A stretch of DNA of 63,819 bases, the filler included, from Octopus bimaculoides (Eukaryota): assembly GCF_001194135.2 (NCBI RefSeq). It is 6 parts of 6 records of this genome, joined end to end, with 100 filler letters (N's around TTAATTAATTAA, not from the genome) between each part and the next. Parts side by side here need not be neighbours in the genome. Positions count along the whole stretch, not along the records: positions 24,487 to 38,497 come from NC_068991.1; positions 38,598 to 53,596 come from NC_068988.1; 4 more parts are not named here. One strand, written 5' to 3'. Below are positions 37,355 to 49,643 of the stretch, in pieces (the first letter of the stretch is position 1; every line of letters starts with the position of its first letter). The position numbers were made by a program, and so were the translations under genes. The notes under the pieces were generated by a model. It was not told the DNA's origin, searched no databases, and saw only the letters and a list, made by a program, of their open reading frames with translations.

Positions 37355-38445
37355 ATAGTAACGTAATTTACTGCATCTCCTGCTCTCTCTGTCCTTCACT
37401 GTACATTGGTTACACGGGAATGCCGCTTGACCGACCGGTTCGCGAAGCAACTCCGAGACATCAGACTCGGTAATATCATTCCGGTCACGCACCATTTCCG
37501 CTCTGCTTCGCTACATCTATCTGTTTTCGGACTGTCTTTGCACAGGGGTCATCTGGACTCCCGCCTTCGCCGTGAATAGGATTTAATTCTTTTTCGCTCC
37601 TCTGCACTACATGGGCTCAACGCACCTCCTCTCTTCATCTGACACCAACCTCACCTCCTGTCTTCATTTGATACCAACCCCACACTACTCCACTCACATT
37701 AGCACTGACCACTTCCCAGCACCTACACCACACACCATCATCCACGCACTCACACACGATCTTCAATAGCCTCACCACACATACCACTATATGAGCAGCC
37801 ACACACACGGTTTAACTCAGTACCCACACCACACACCATCCTACAAACGCCCACACCCACACAAGCACATAATACCTGAACACAGACAATATATACTCCC
37901 ACACCCACGCGCGCATAATATCTTGAACACAGACTTTATATACATATACACGCAACACACATAACATATACAAAGATAACTTTCGCTCACATATGTACAC
38001 CATGCATATGCACATCGTTTGTTCACAAACACACATACACACACACACATGTGCACATACCACGGGAAAACGCACACATCAACTACTACACACAACGCAC
38101 ATATACACACACACACGTTACACACATACACACACACACACATGTCAGAGACACTCACCCCTATTCACACACATACAGACATGATTTACACATACCAACT
38201 CACGCACACGCACCTTCTTTTGTTGGGATACTATCACTTTATTATCTCCCTTTCTTTCTTTTTTTTCCTATTCATTCACCATGCAGAACCGCTGAAATCT
38301 ACAAGTTTTTTTCCATTCTCTCTCTGCTTATTTTCTCCCATTCCTTTCTGCTGAAGAGCGTAGGCTCGAAACGTAAAAGACTTTTACGTAAAAGACTTGT
38401 TGTTCATACATCTGTCTTCATCTTTTGTTTTTCTATAAACTTCAA
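37355..38445 (+). mobile_element. Penelope-like element 3' fragment (GIY-YIG end, CA-rich UTR, terminal hammerhead-like motif)
   Basis: SNVIYCISCSLCPSLYIG..DRFAKQLRDIRLG..IPV..HF; same family as 49330-50570 in the opposite orientation. Confidence 0.8.
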
Positions 38446-38597
38446 CTATACACATACGCGCGTATACATAAGTATATAATATATATATATATATATANNN
38501 NNNNNNNNNNNNNNNNNNNNNNNNNNNNNNNNNNNNNNNNNTTAATTAATTAANNNNNNNNNNNNNNNNNNNNNNNNNNNNNNNNNNNNNNNNNNNN

Positions 38598-38654
<57 letters not shown>

Positions 38655-38919
38655 AGAGGGGAAGAGGTGGGGTGAGAGACAGAGACAGAGAGAAACACGG
38701 AAAGAGACACAGACAAAGGGGGATATTTATATAATCGTTCGCTCCTAATTGGGTGCAGAACAATAACGTATTAAATAAATTAAATAATCAGGAATTAGTA
38801 AACTCAGATGTGACGTCAGAGATATTGAATGCAGAATATAAATGAGTGCCGCATTAAAATGCATTGTATTAACAAACGTTAGCCTAACTTTTGAAGTATA
38901 TATATAAAATGTCTCTTAC

Positions 38920-38997
38920 ATTTGCGTAATCTTTAAGTATTCTCTCCTTCCTGATAATTGAATGTTCAGATCCTATGTAGAAATTTTGCTTCAATGT
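38920..38997 (-). CDS. Neprilysin/M13-family peptidase-like gene, exon (most 3' one found)
   Basis: ttacttttcag|78 nt|gtaaga, phase 0-0: TLKQNFYIGSEHSIIRKERILKDYAN, aligning to NEP KA..IKERIGYPD.I....L..EY. Confidence 0.75.
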
Positions 38998-39410
38998 CTG
39001 AAAAGTAAAATTTTTTTTAAAGATTTAAATATACTGAGAGCAACGAAGTAATGTGATGGAAAAAATATGAAATTAGTGAAAATAAAACCCCAGAAAAAAT
39101 GCATTTGAAGCGGGGGAATATAGTGGAAGAAAACAATAGAAAGGACGGAAATAGAAATAGGAAATACGTTTGTCTGTATATTGATGTAAGATAAGTGAGA
39201 AAAATGTAAATCATTATACAAATGTGATACATGAAACCGACATATGAATACACATGCTGAGAGAGAGAGAGAGAGCGGGGGTGGGGGAGAGAATGAGAAG
39301 CTCATAAATTTGGGTGGGTGACGAAATAAGGTTAGGAGTAATAATAGTGAGTGGTGTTGGTAGTATATAGCTATCGATATACAAGTGGTGGCAGGGCACC
39401 TTCAACTAAA

Positions 39411-39508
39411 TAATAATAATAATAATAATAATAATAAGAAGAAGAAGAAGAAGAAGAAGAACAACAACAACAACAACAACAAAAACAACAACAACAACAA
39501 TACTAATA

Positions 39509-39561
<53 letters not shown>

Positions 39562-39595
39562 TATTATTGTTATTATTATTATTATTATTATTATT
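39411..39595. repeat. Compound (AAT)n/(AAG)n/(AAC)n/(TAT)n microsatellite
   Basis: Direct reading. Confidence 0.95.
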
Positions 39596-40362
39596 CCAAA
39601 TTTTTGCCACAAGGGCATGTTGGGGAGGTGGGGATAGTCGATTACATCGATCTCAGTGTTCAACTGGTACNNNNNNNNNNNNNNNNNNNNNNNNNNNNNN
39701 NNNNNNNNNNNNNNNNNNNNNNNNNNNNNNNNNNNNNNNNNNNNNNNNNNNNNNNNNNNNNNNNNNNNNNNNNNNNNNNNNNNNNNNNNNNNNNNNNNNN
39801 NNNNNNNNNNNNNNNNNNNNNNNNNNNNNNNNNNNNNNNNNNNNNNNNNNNNNNNNNNNNNNNNNNNNNNNNNNNNNNNNNNNNNNNNNNNNNNNNNNNN
39901 NNNNNNNNNNNNNNNNNNNNNNNNNNNNNNNNNNNNNNNNNNNNNNNNNNNNNNNNNNNNNNNNNNNNNNNNNNNNNNNNNNNNNNNNNNNNNNNNNNNN
40001 NNNNNNNNNNNNNNNNNNNNNNNNNNNNNNNNNNNNNNNNNNNNNNNNNNNNNNNNNNNNNNNNNNNNNNNNNNNNNNNNNNNNNNNNNNNNNNNNNNNN
40101 NNNNNNNNNNNNNNNNNNNNNNNNNNNNNNNNNNNNNNNNNNNNNNNNNNNNNNNNNNNNNNNNNNNNNNNNNNNNNNNNNNNNNNNNNNNNNNNNNNNN
40201 NNNNNNNNNNNNNNNNNNNNNNNNNNNNNNNNNNNNNNNNNNNNNNNNNNNNNNNNNNNNNNNNNNNNNNNNNNNNNNNNNNNNNNNNNNNNNNNNNNNN
40301 NNNNNNNNNNNNNNNNNNNNNNNNNNNNNNNNNNNNNNNNNNNNNNNNNNNNNNNNNNNNNN

Positions 40363-41700
40363 CCACAGTACCTCTTTCTCCATAGTCACCAGGCAGAGGA
40401 AAACTGCCTTTCCTTCCCAGGAAAACGAAAGGGGCGTGGTGATTTCCACGATGAACTCAGCTGACAAGCGGATCCGTCCTACACTCGAAAACAGCTGTTC
40501 GACAAAACTCTACATGTCAGTAATGCACTGACATTGGACGAGTGCATGCAGGGCTGTTTCGTTGCCCTGCGAACGGCTCGGACAGATCCGTATGACAGCA
40601 CTTCCGTGCCTATAAAGCATGCCTTGAACCGGCAGAGCTACCCGGTAGCACTGCCAGGTTAGGTATTTCTAGGGGTCATCCATAGTGCCCAGCACAAAAT
40701 TACTCCGAAAAAGACCAGTCAGACGACCAGAGTTTCTCAGAGTACTTCGTCGATCTTTCCCTTCACTAATCCCCTATAAAACTCCATAGCAGTACTTCCA
40801 CAGACTGCGTTGCTCGACTTGCAGAAAGCTGAGCGCTGCAGCACTTCAGGTGCCGAGCGCCCTTGGTCTACGCTTGATCCAGGAATGTAGATTCGTCAAT
40901 AAGAGGAGTTGCAGAACAACCTCTGTGACAAACGGTATCCACATCTGGTCACCGTTAAGAAAGCACTGGAGATGTCGCAGCCTCAGCGCTCGTCTGTGCA
41001 TCATTAGCCACGTCATGCCCAGCCTTCCAGGCAGCGGTTGTTCACACCAGATGGACCGACTGACAAGAGGATCATCTCCTTTCCACAGAATGTAGAAGAG
41101 CAAGCGCTCCAGCTTCATCAGCCACGAAGTAGGGCATGTGACGACGGTTGGACGGTAGTAGACAGAGGAAGCGATGTATACATTCCCCACCTCCACCCGA
41201 ACATTCGGGGTCAGCTTTTTCTCTGACCATATCTCGGTGAAACTGGCTACACTGCTCGTCATCCCCACCCAAATCAAAACCCTTGCAATTTAACAGGCCC
41301 TTCCGTCGAGCGCCCTAGAACGCTGTCNNNNNNNNNNNNNNNNNNNNNNNNNNNNNNNNNNNNNNNNNNNNNNNNNNNNNNNNNNNNNNNNNNNNNNNNN
41401 NNNNNNNNNNNNNNNNNNNNNNNNNNNNNNNNNNNNNNNNNNNNNNNNNNNNNNNNNNNNNNNNNNNNNNNNNNNNNNNNNNNNNNNNNNNNNNNNNNNN
41501 NNNNNNNNNNNNNNNNNNNNNNNNNNNNNNNNNNNNNNNNNNNNNNNNNNNNNNNNNNNNNNAAACGATTCCAAAAGGTGATCCTGTACTTTGATCTACG
41601 AACAAATGTCGCCGTACACTACTGCACATTGCAGAAATGCAGCCTCTGACGACAAGAACGAAACCGGTCATCGCAAGGACAGCCTCTAAAAATTGAAGGT
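40363..41700 (-). mobile_element. Tx1/L1-type LINE relic (RT, thumb, zf-RVT-like end), interrupted by a gap
   Basis: VRGCISAMCS; EVGNVYIASSVYYR..VTCP..WLMKLERLLFYILWKG..PLV...GRLGM.WL; ETALHALVQC. Confidence 0.8.
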
Positions 41701-42031
41701 CGACCCTATCCTGTTTCAGTTGTACCTGTAATTCAAAGGGTCAGCCTTGTCACACTGTGTCACGTTGAATATTCCTGAGAACTACGTTAAGGGTACACGT
41801 GTCTCTGGAGTGCTCAGCCACTTGCAAGTTAATTTCACGAGCAGGCTGTTCCGTTGATCGGATCAACTGGAACCCTCGATGTCGTAAGCGACGGAGTGCC
41901 AACAACAACAACTCCACCCATTATACAATTAATTTGCAATGTCGATTTCATTCTACCATGCGATCTTATTAATATATAACTGTTCGAACATAATTAAAAT
42001 ATCATTTTGTGCACAATTTATTTTTACTTAC

Positions 42032-42136
42032 CTCCAGTTTATCAAGAGCTTGCTTCATACTCTCTTCATCTAAGAAGCTAGTTTCTGATAATACATATTC
42101 CGTAGCATTTATGAGATAGTCTATTATAGACTTGAC
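42032..42136 (-). CDS. Neprilysin/M13-family peptidase-like gene, exon
   Basis: ctttattattcag|105 nt|gtaagt, phase 0-0: VKSIIDYLINATEYVLSETSFLDEESMKQALDKLE, aligning to NEP [34 protein letters not shown]. Confidence 0.8.
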
Positions 42137-42655
42137 CTGAATAATAAAGACGAGGTAGAGTAAAGATCCCTGAATATGATCTGTATGTATGCAAGTAATT
42201 AGGCAATTATGTATGCATGCATACATCTCTGCTTACACCCATCGACCCATTAATCCATCCATTGATTCATTCACACAGACATATATACATACATACATAT
42301 GACTCCTTTTTAGAAGTAAGTCACGTGACTTACTTCGTATAGATTCTACGCATTAAGGTTAAAATCAGAGTGTACAAGAGATCGTCGATAAGGTAAGTGA
42401 TGCCTTCCATTTTACTAATATTGCCTAATGTTAGAATTTATTTATTTAATAACAATATATTTTTATATGTATTTCTATTCATAAAGATATTTACCATCAG
42501 TCCATAGATATTATTTTAGATGAATCATACCTTTAACTGGAATGATTAGTATTAAGCATTTACATTTCATTGATTGTACTAACGAGAGTATTCCTATTAG
42601 AACTGATATTTTTATTATTTAGTAAGATACGTTTTTATAATCTTATTTTTCTAGA

Positions 42656-42760
42656 GACCTGAGGAGTGACCATATTTTGAGTAGAATATAATCTTTATCA
42701 ATTTATTGTGAATTGTACTGGTTTTATCTACTATAATGTGGCCACGAAACGCGCGTAGTC
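42656..42760 (+). ncRNA. Type I minimal hammerhead ribozyme with a long stem II (PLE-terminal type)
   Basis: GAC(42656-58)-CTGAGGA(42659-65)-gtgaccatatt...aatgtggccac (stem II)-GAAA(42746-49)-C-GCGC-G-T-A(42757)-GTC; all core positions canonical, palindromic loop III, GUA cleavage triplet. Confidence 0.8.
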
Positions 42761-43048
42761 AATACTTTACCTTTTACTTTATCAATTTACGAAGTTGAAT
42801 TAAACTTTTAGTCTAGTATTCTGTAGATTTTAATGTATTTTATACTTTTCTATTAGATTTTATAGAGTTTTAAATTAGTATTTTGTAGAGTACATTTTTC
42901 TGGATGGTCTTTGGTCTCCTTCATTGTGTGAATTGTATATCGGTGGTTCTTCTCCATGTTACATTTATATACATATATTATTTATTATAAAATTAGATTT
43001 GGTATTACTAAATTGAATATTCCTTTATGTTTGGAATTTTACATTCCC

Positions 43049-43079
<31 letters not shown>

Positions 43080-43620
43080 NNNNNNNNNNNNNNNNNNNNN
43101 NNNNNNNNNNNNNNNNNNNNNNNNNNNNNNNNNNNNNNNNNNNNNNNNNNNNNNNNNNNNNNNNNNNNNNNNNNNNNNNNNNNNNNNNNNNNNNNNNNNN
43201 NNNNNNNNNNNNNNNNNNNNNNNNNNNNNNNNNNNNNNNNNNNNNNNNNNNNNNNNNNNNNNNNNNNNNNNNNNNNNNNNNNNNNNNNNNNNNNNNNNNN
43301 NNNNNNNNNNTTGGGACACGCGTTAATCGATCTTAATGATATTTTAAATTCACTAGTATATTACTTATCGTCCCCCAAAATATGAAAGCGCAGTTGAACG
43401 CGCAGGCTTTGAATTCTATATTAAAAAAAAGATAGCCGAAATATCTTGCTTCCTCAGTTTTATGTTGTTTTAACGCCTCTGCCACCAAACTTTATATGTA
43501 TTCGTAATGGGAAAGTTATGAATAATTGGATTTAAAATCATTTTACTAGTTTTGTGTACTATAGGTTTACGGATGAGATTTAGGTATATAACGTAATTAA
43601 GGATTCAAAATTATATTTAC

Positions 43621-43746
43621 CTTCTTTTTCATCTGTTCATCGAAACCTTTCTCAATGTGCATCCAGTTCAGTATTTCACTCAATATTTGAACGGTACTCA
43701 GACAATATTGTCTTTGCTGTGATATCGTTCCCTGTGTACTGGTTGT
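43621..43746 (-). CDS. Neprilysin/M13-family peptidase-like gene, exon
   Basis: atttttcttag|126 nt|gtaaat, phase 0-0: TTSTQGTISQQRQYCLSTVQILSEILNWMHIEKGFDEQMKKK, aligning to NEP GTTSETATWRRCANYV...AVGRLYVEAAFAGESKH. Confidence 0.75.
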
Positions 43747-45250
43747 CTAAGAAAAATCATTACAAATTTCATCCAACTTTCTTATAGCACACTTTACAAC
43801 GCTCTTGTCCTACATAAAATATACCTATCAATCAAATCCGAAATAAAGTAGTGACTGTTATCTAAGCAAGATTTTTATAGTTTAGTGATCGTCTTCAGTA
43901 AGATGTAACATAACAGTGGCTCTACAACATTTCATAGCTACTGCGCCTTTACATTAGTGGTGAAACACGTTTGAAATCCAAGATAATTCCGTACCGAATG
44001 TTTTCGTAAATTGTGATTAGGGGCACCAGGAATCAGTAAACTAATGTACTTATGAACGGCATTCTTTCAGTCCAAGAATAAAGGAATTGTATGTCAGATA
44101 TTTTTTTTAACGGTGGCGTCTCCGATTACATCATTTTCGTACAAATTCAAACTGGTATTTTTCACCTGGAAAGGTTTTCAGAATATAATCTTATCTATTG
44201 ATATCACATTACATTTAAATCTAGTTGTCAGCATACGAAGATAATCGTATTATTTGGTATGTGTTAGTCAAAGAAACAATTCTTTTTACAATCTATCAGG
44301 GACGAGCCTATCTAGGAAGTCAGTCTTTGGATACTAATAATATGATAGTCTAAAATTGATAATAAAAAAGAAACATGCGCATTATACATGGAAGACTAAA
44401 ATGGTTTTTCAATACATCTGAATAAAGGCAAGTAGATTCTACTTCTGAAAATCATGAGAATAAAATTTACATGCATAATGTTATTAAGTACATCGTATTG
44501 GTTTTCAATTTGAGTAAAATACCAACAATTTTGAGGAGGACTAAGTCGTTTACATAACAAAAAGCAAAATCAGCCTCTGCGGAATCTGAACTCAGGATTT
44601 AGTCGCAAAATATTCGCTAGGTATTACGTATGTTTGGCATTGCTATCTGGAACTGATTGATGTCCAATAGAGGATGCACTAGAGGGGCTAAGGTACGTTA
44701 AACAATGTTGTCGCTTGTGAAACGTTTTCGCATTTCCTAACTTCAAGGAGAAGGGTTTTAAGAATTCAGCTAGCTCTCAGATATATTTTACTTCCTTTTT
44801 AGTTTGATTTTGTACTCACTCAATGCAAAAATAACAAGATCAATTTCAAAGACGTATGTCTCGAAACAAAATAATGTCAGTTGATATATTTAAATAACTA
44901 ATATAATATTCAACATAAAACCCTTGTTTGAAACACAATTTAGTGTCCGCACAAATACACCCGTCTAATAAGATGCGTCTCCATACTTTTGATTGTATGC
45001 ACGTATGTATACGTGTGTGTGTGTCTGTGTGTGTGTGTGTGCGTGCGCGCATTGCTATTACTTGGAATGCTTCTGACATGTAACTAATTTGTGTTTTACC
45101 AACATTGGGCAGAATAATCTTAGGATAAGAAGTTATTTACTTTAAACATTCTTTACCAGAGTTTCATTGGTCTCGGAAATTAGTTTAGGTAACGAAATCA
45201 TTCGATCGAGAAAAAAGATATTTTCGCCACATGCAAAATATTTTATATCT

Positions 45251-45346
45251 ACATTTCATTTATTGAGATAAGCATTTTGTGTTCGTTACAATGTGTGTAC
45301 ACACATTGTAACAAACACAAAATGCTTATCTCAATAAATGAAATGT
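45251..45346. repeat. 96-bp loopless palindrome (48+48 nt, one mismatch)
   Basis: acatttcatttattgagataagcattttgtgttcgttacaatgtgtgt|acacacattgtaacaaacacaaaatgcttatctcaataaatgaaatgt. Confidence 0.95.
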
Positions 45347-46154
45347 GTGTTCGTTACAGGTTGATTTAGTCTATTGTAATGTAACGGGTGTTGCATAACT
45401 TTCTCATCTTGTCGATTACCAGACAAGTACATTTGTACAGCAGTGACACTGTCTTCTAGTAACACTCTGTTTTCTAAGAAGACTAAATATAAAACAAAGA
45501 ACTGAAACATGTTTTCTTTTCTGCGTTCCTGTCTCTTATCAGTTCTGCTGACCTAATAAATNNNNNNNNNNNNNNNNNNNNNNNNNNNNNNNNNNNNNNN
45601 NNNNNNNNNNNNNNNNNNNNNNNNNNNNNNNNNNNNNNNTTATGCATATTAATAGACATGAAAAGGCGTGTTTTTCTCTATTTCACAGTAAATAAATCCA
45701 TGGAGCGAAATTTTAGCTCCAATTATAAAACAGCTATAATTATACATATTTAATATTCTTTATGTCATAGGCACAATGTCTCAAATTCTTTGTGGGGGGC
45801 GGCAAACATCACTAAATACATATAAAATAACTTTTGCAGAAGCATTGATAAATATACTCACATTAGTTTCTTCTGCTTTAAATTCTTTTCGTAAAATCGG
45901 AAATTTTGCATAAAAATCTTGAAATACCTCCAGTAAAACAATGATGAAGAAATCCCTTAAATATAAATAATATGTATCACATATACCAGTGAGACTGACT
46001 GAAACAGAAAATAGATTGTTGAGAGAAGCGAAATCAAACTTTCATAAGAGACATATGTTGCTAGACTTCCTTATCATGTATGTATGTATGTATGTATGTA
46101 TGTATGTATATATGTATGTATGTATGCATGTATGTATGTATGCATGTGTGTATG

Positions 46155-46186
<32 letters not shown>

Positions 46187-47369
46187 NNNNNNNNNNNNNN
46201 NNNNNNNNNNNNNNNNNNNNNNNNNNNNNNNNNNNNNNNNNNNNNNNNNNNNNNNNNNNNNNNNNNNNNNNNNNNNNNNNNNNNNNNNNNNNNNNNNNNN
46301 NNNNNNNNNNNNNNNNNNNNNNNNNNNNNNNNNNNNNNNNNNNNNNNNNNNNNNNNNNNNNNNNNNNNNNNNNNNNNNNNNNNNNNNNNNNNNNNNNNNN
46401 NNNNNNNNNNNNNNNNNNNNNNNNNNNNNNNNNNNNNNNNNNNNNNNNNNNNNNNNNNNNNNNNNNNNNNNNNNNNNNNNNNNNNNNNNNNNNNNNNNNN
46501 NNNNNNNNNNNNNNNNNNNNNNNNNNNNNNNNNNNNNNNNNNNNNNNNNNNNNNNNNNNNNNNNNNNNNNNNNNNNNNNNNNNNNNNNNNNNNNNNNNNN
46601 NNNNNNNNNNNNNNNNNNNNNNNNNNNNNNNNNNNNNNNNNNNNNNNNNNNNNNNNNNNNNNNNNNNNNNNNNNNNNNNNNNNNNNNNNNNNNNNNNNNN
46701 NNNNNNNNNNNNNNNNNNNNNNNNNNNNNNNNNNNNNNNNNNNNNNNNNNNNNNNNNNNNNNNNNNNNNNNNNNNNNNNNNNNNNNNNNNNNNNNNNNNN
46801 NNNNNNNNNNNNNNNNNNNNNNNNNNNNNNNNNNNNNNNNNNNNNNNNNNNNNNNNNNNNNNNNNNNNNNNNNNNNNNNNNNNNNNNNNNNNNNNNNNNN
46901 NNNNNNNNNNNNNNNNNNNNNNNNNNNNNNNNNNNNNNNNNNNNNNNNNNNNNNNNNNNNNNNNNNNNNNNNNNNNNNNNNNNNNNNNNNNNNNNNNNNN
47001 NNNNNNNNNNNNNNNNNNNNNNNNNNNNNNNNNNNNNNNNNNNNNNNNNNNNNNNNNNNNNNNNNNNNNNNNNNNNNNNNNNNNNNNNNNNNNNNNNNNN
47101 NNNNNNNNNNNNNNNNNNNNNNNNNNNNNNNNNNNATATATATCCTCATAATTTCTGAGCAATATACTTGGATGACATATAAGGGATAAGATGTTAATAG
47201 GTAAAGGCATCAAATTAAGAAAACATAAGAAATTAAAGAGAATAGTAAGAAAAAATATATAACTTATATATAATACTAGTGGGTAAGGTCACATTATATA
47301 CGACTCTGAAATTAATTTCCTTTATCCAGGTTCAAGTGCAACATCTATAAACGGGAATTTCGAAAATAT

Positions 47370-48350
47370 TTAAATGTACGGGTGACCCTGTGTACGCATG
47401 ATACCATTAGGTCTAATCAATTATTAACCAGGTTGCTTTGTTGCTATACTTAGAAATTTCATAAGTTTCCATAGAGTACAACTCGCACCTGTATCGATTA
47501 TCTCTATAAGGCTGTGCTAGCCTTGCAATATTCCATTTAAGGATAAATTCGATTCCGCTTTCCTTCAGTTCCCAAATCTTGCTAGATAAGGACGTACAAT
47601 TTGTCTTATGTTTGAACCTAAAATATGGAAAACGGTTATTAATACATCTTAATTCATATTTATTGAACTACCTATATATACAAAGTTACCAGCTACAGTT
47701 GTGATTGTACACATCCATATTACGTTTTGAGTTAGACATCGGCCTAATAACGGATAGTGGGATTTAACCCTACAATTGCAACTAGGAGAATTATTATTAT
47801 TAATATTATTGATAGTCATACCATTATTATTATTAATATTACTATTAATATTAATCCTGTATGTGTTATTTTCATATCTGGTATTATCTCTTCATCCTTC
47901 AATTCTAGTATCATTCATATTCACCCCAGCATCATCAAGCGTATTAGTAGTCCCTGTGCTAGTATGGACCTCAGAGTTACAGTCCATACTGTATATATTA
48001 GAAGCATTATTACCTCTGTTTCTATATTCTACGTCAACATTAATATTATTTTTCACATTGTAGGGGTTTCAGTTAATGTTGATATTAACGTTATTATTAT
48101 TACTAACTCCTGCGAATTTAAAATTCTTTCTATTTAACTTTGCTATGATGGTACCCATTTGGGAAGAGTAGAGTATGAGATTCTAACTGTCTTACGTGGA
48201 AAATTTTTCTTACTATTCTCTATAATTTCTTATTATTGTGTTTTCTTATTTTGATACATTTACCTATTAACCTCTTGTCTCTTATAAGTTACTAATATTC
48301 TTAAAGAGAAATATAAACTTTCTAGTTACTTAAGTCTAGAAGAATTGATT
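47370..48350 (-). mobile_element. Naiad-like Penelope element 3' part (thumb end, Asn-rich linker, GIY-YIG endonuclease), degenerate
   Basis: KTVRISYSTLP..GTIIAKLNRK; CNCRVKSHYPLLGRCLTQNVIW...YIG; TSLSSKIWELKESGIEFILKWNI...PY...CEL. Confidence 0.75.
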
Positions 48351-49329
48351 ATAACATACCCATAATAAAGTACAAATATTTGTGTATATTTGCATGTGTG
48401 CACATAGTTAAATATGTGTATGTATCTGTGCACAATTTATTTTCCCGACTTTTTTTTCTTTTATGATTCTTAGCTTATAATTAATATAAAGATAGTATGA
48501 TTTATCACCCCAGTATTACATAAGTAAATGCCCAGCGCAATCTTTATAAAAACCACCTTATAAGTAAATAATTAAGTACAGGAATGAATATTAAACTAAT
48601 TCTATGTAATCGTCCCTTTCTAATGTTGAAAATTGTTATATATACACAGCTTATCTATTCTGCTTATAATATTATTTTTAGTAATCTTAAATTTTATCTT
48701 CATACAACATAACAATATGGTTTATATACAATCATCCATTGTACCCCATAATAATTTCCGCGGTATTAACTTCATAGGTTTTATTAGAGTTTTGCCCCGT
48801 TAACTGGTAATTAACATCTTGATTTAGGGTCTTCCTCTACCCAGCCTCCTTTATAGACAACTATTTATACATTTCCTAAAATCTTGACAATATTTATGAC
48901 CATACCCAAATATAAACTGTCAACTCACTCCGTCTGTCCATTCTAAATAGACACTGTCCTCTAGCCTTAGATTTGGTAGTTGATAAAAAAGACTAATAAA
49001 TTAAACATGAACCGCAATCCTTTAAATGCTATGACTCTAACAAACTTCATACAGTTCTTACAAATGTAGTATACTCTGTGCTACATTAGTAGCAACATCC
49101 ACCTTTTCCCTCTTCTTGCTCTATTATAGAATTTGAGTAAAAATTATATTAATATGTCCAACTGATTAAAAATTCTATTTATTTAAGCATGAGGATAGCC
49201 CTGCATTTAAATTGATATTATGATTGCATTGATCAATTAAATGGAGCCGGTTGAAACGGTCGTACTGCATCTCCTCTTGATATCTTATTGCTTATTTTGA
49301 TTATATATATATATAGAGTGAGAGAGTTG

Positions 49330-49604
49330 AAATTTATAGAAAAACAAAAGATGAAGACAGAAGTATGAATAACAAGCAGGTGCAGTTGTTTGACGCTCGG
49401 ATAAGTGAAAAAATGTCTTTTACGTTTCGAGCCTATGCTCTTCAACGGAAAGGAATAAGAGAAAATAAACAGAGAGAGAAAAAAAAATATGGTCAAGCAT
49501 AGCGACTGATGAGAAAAAATTTTGAAAGAAGAGGTTCAAAGAAGTTATTGGTGACCCCAAAACGGAGATGCGCGTGCGTCAGTGTGTGTATGTGAGAATG
49601 TGTA

Positions 49605-49643
<39 letters not shown>

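Noticed and set aside
43965-44085. Minus-strand open frame ending ...KHSVRNYLGFQTCF as the missing M13 exon
   Set aside because: VRNYLGF fits the expected motif, but the only phase-2 acceptor is weak and would add an unexplained insertion; needs RNA evidence.
47150-47400. SECIS element downstream of the Naiad-like ORF
   Set aside because: No AUGA/GA quartet with an apical AA loop could be seen, and conserved Cys positions are not TGA.
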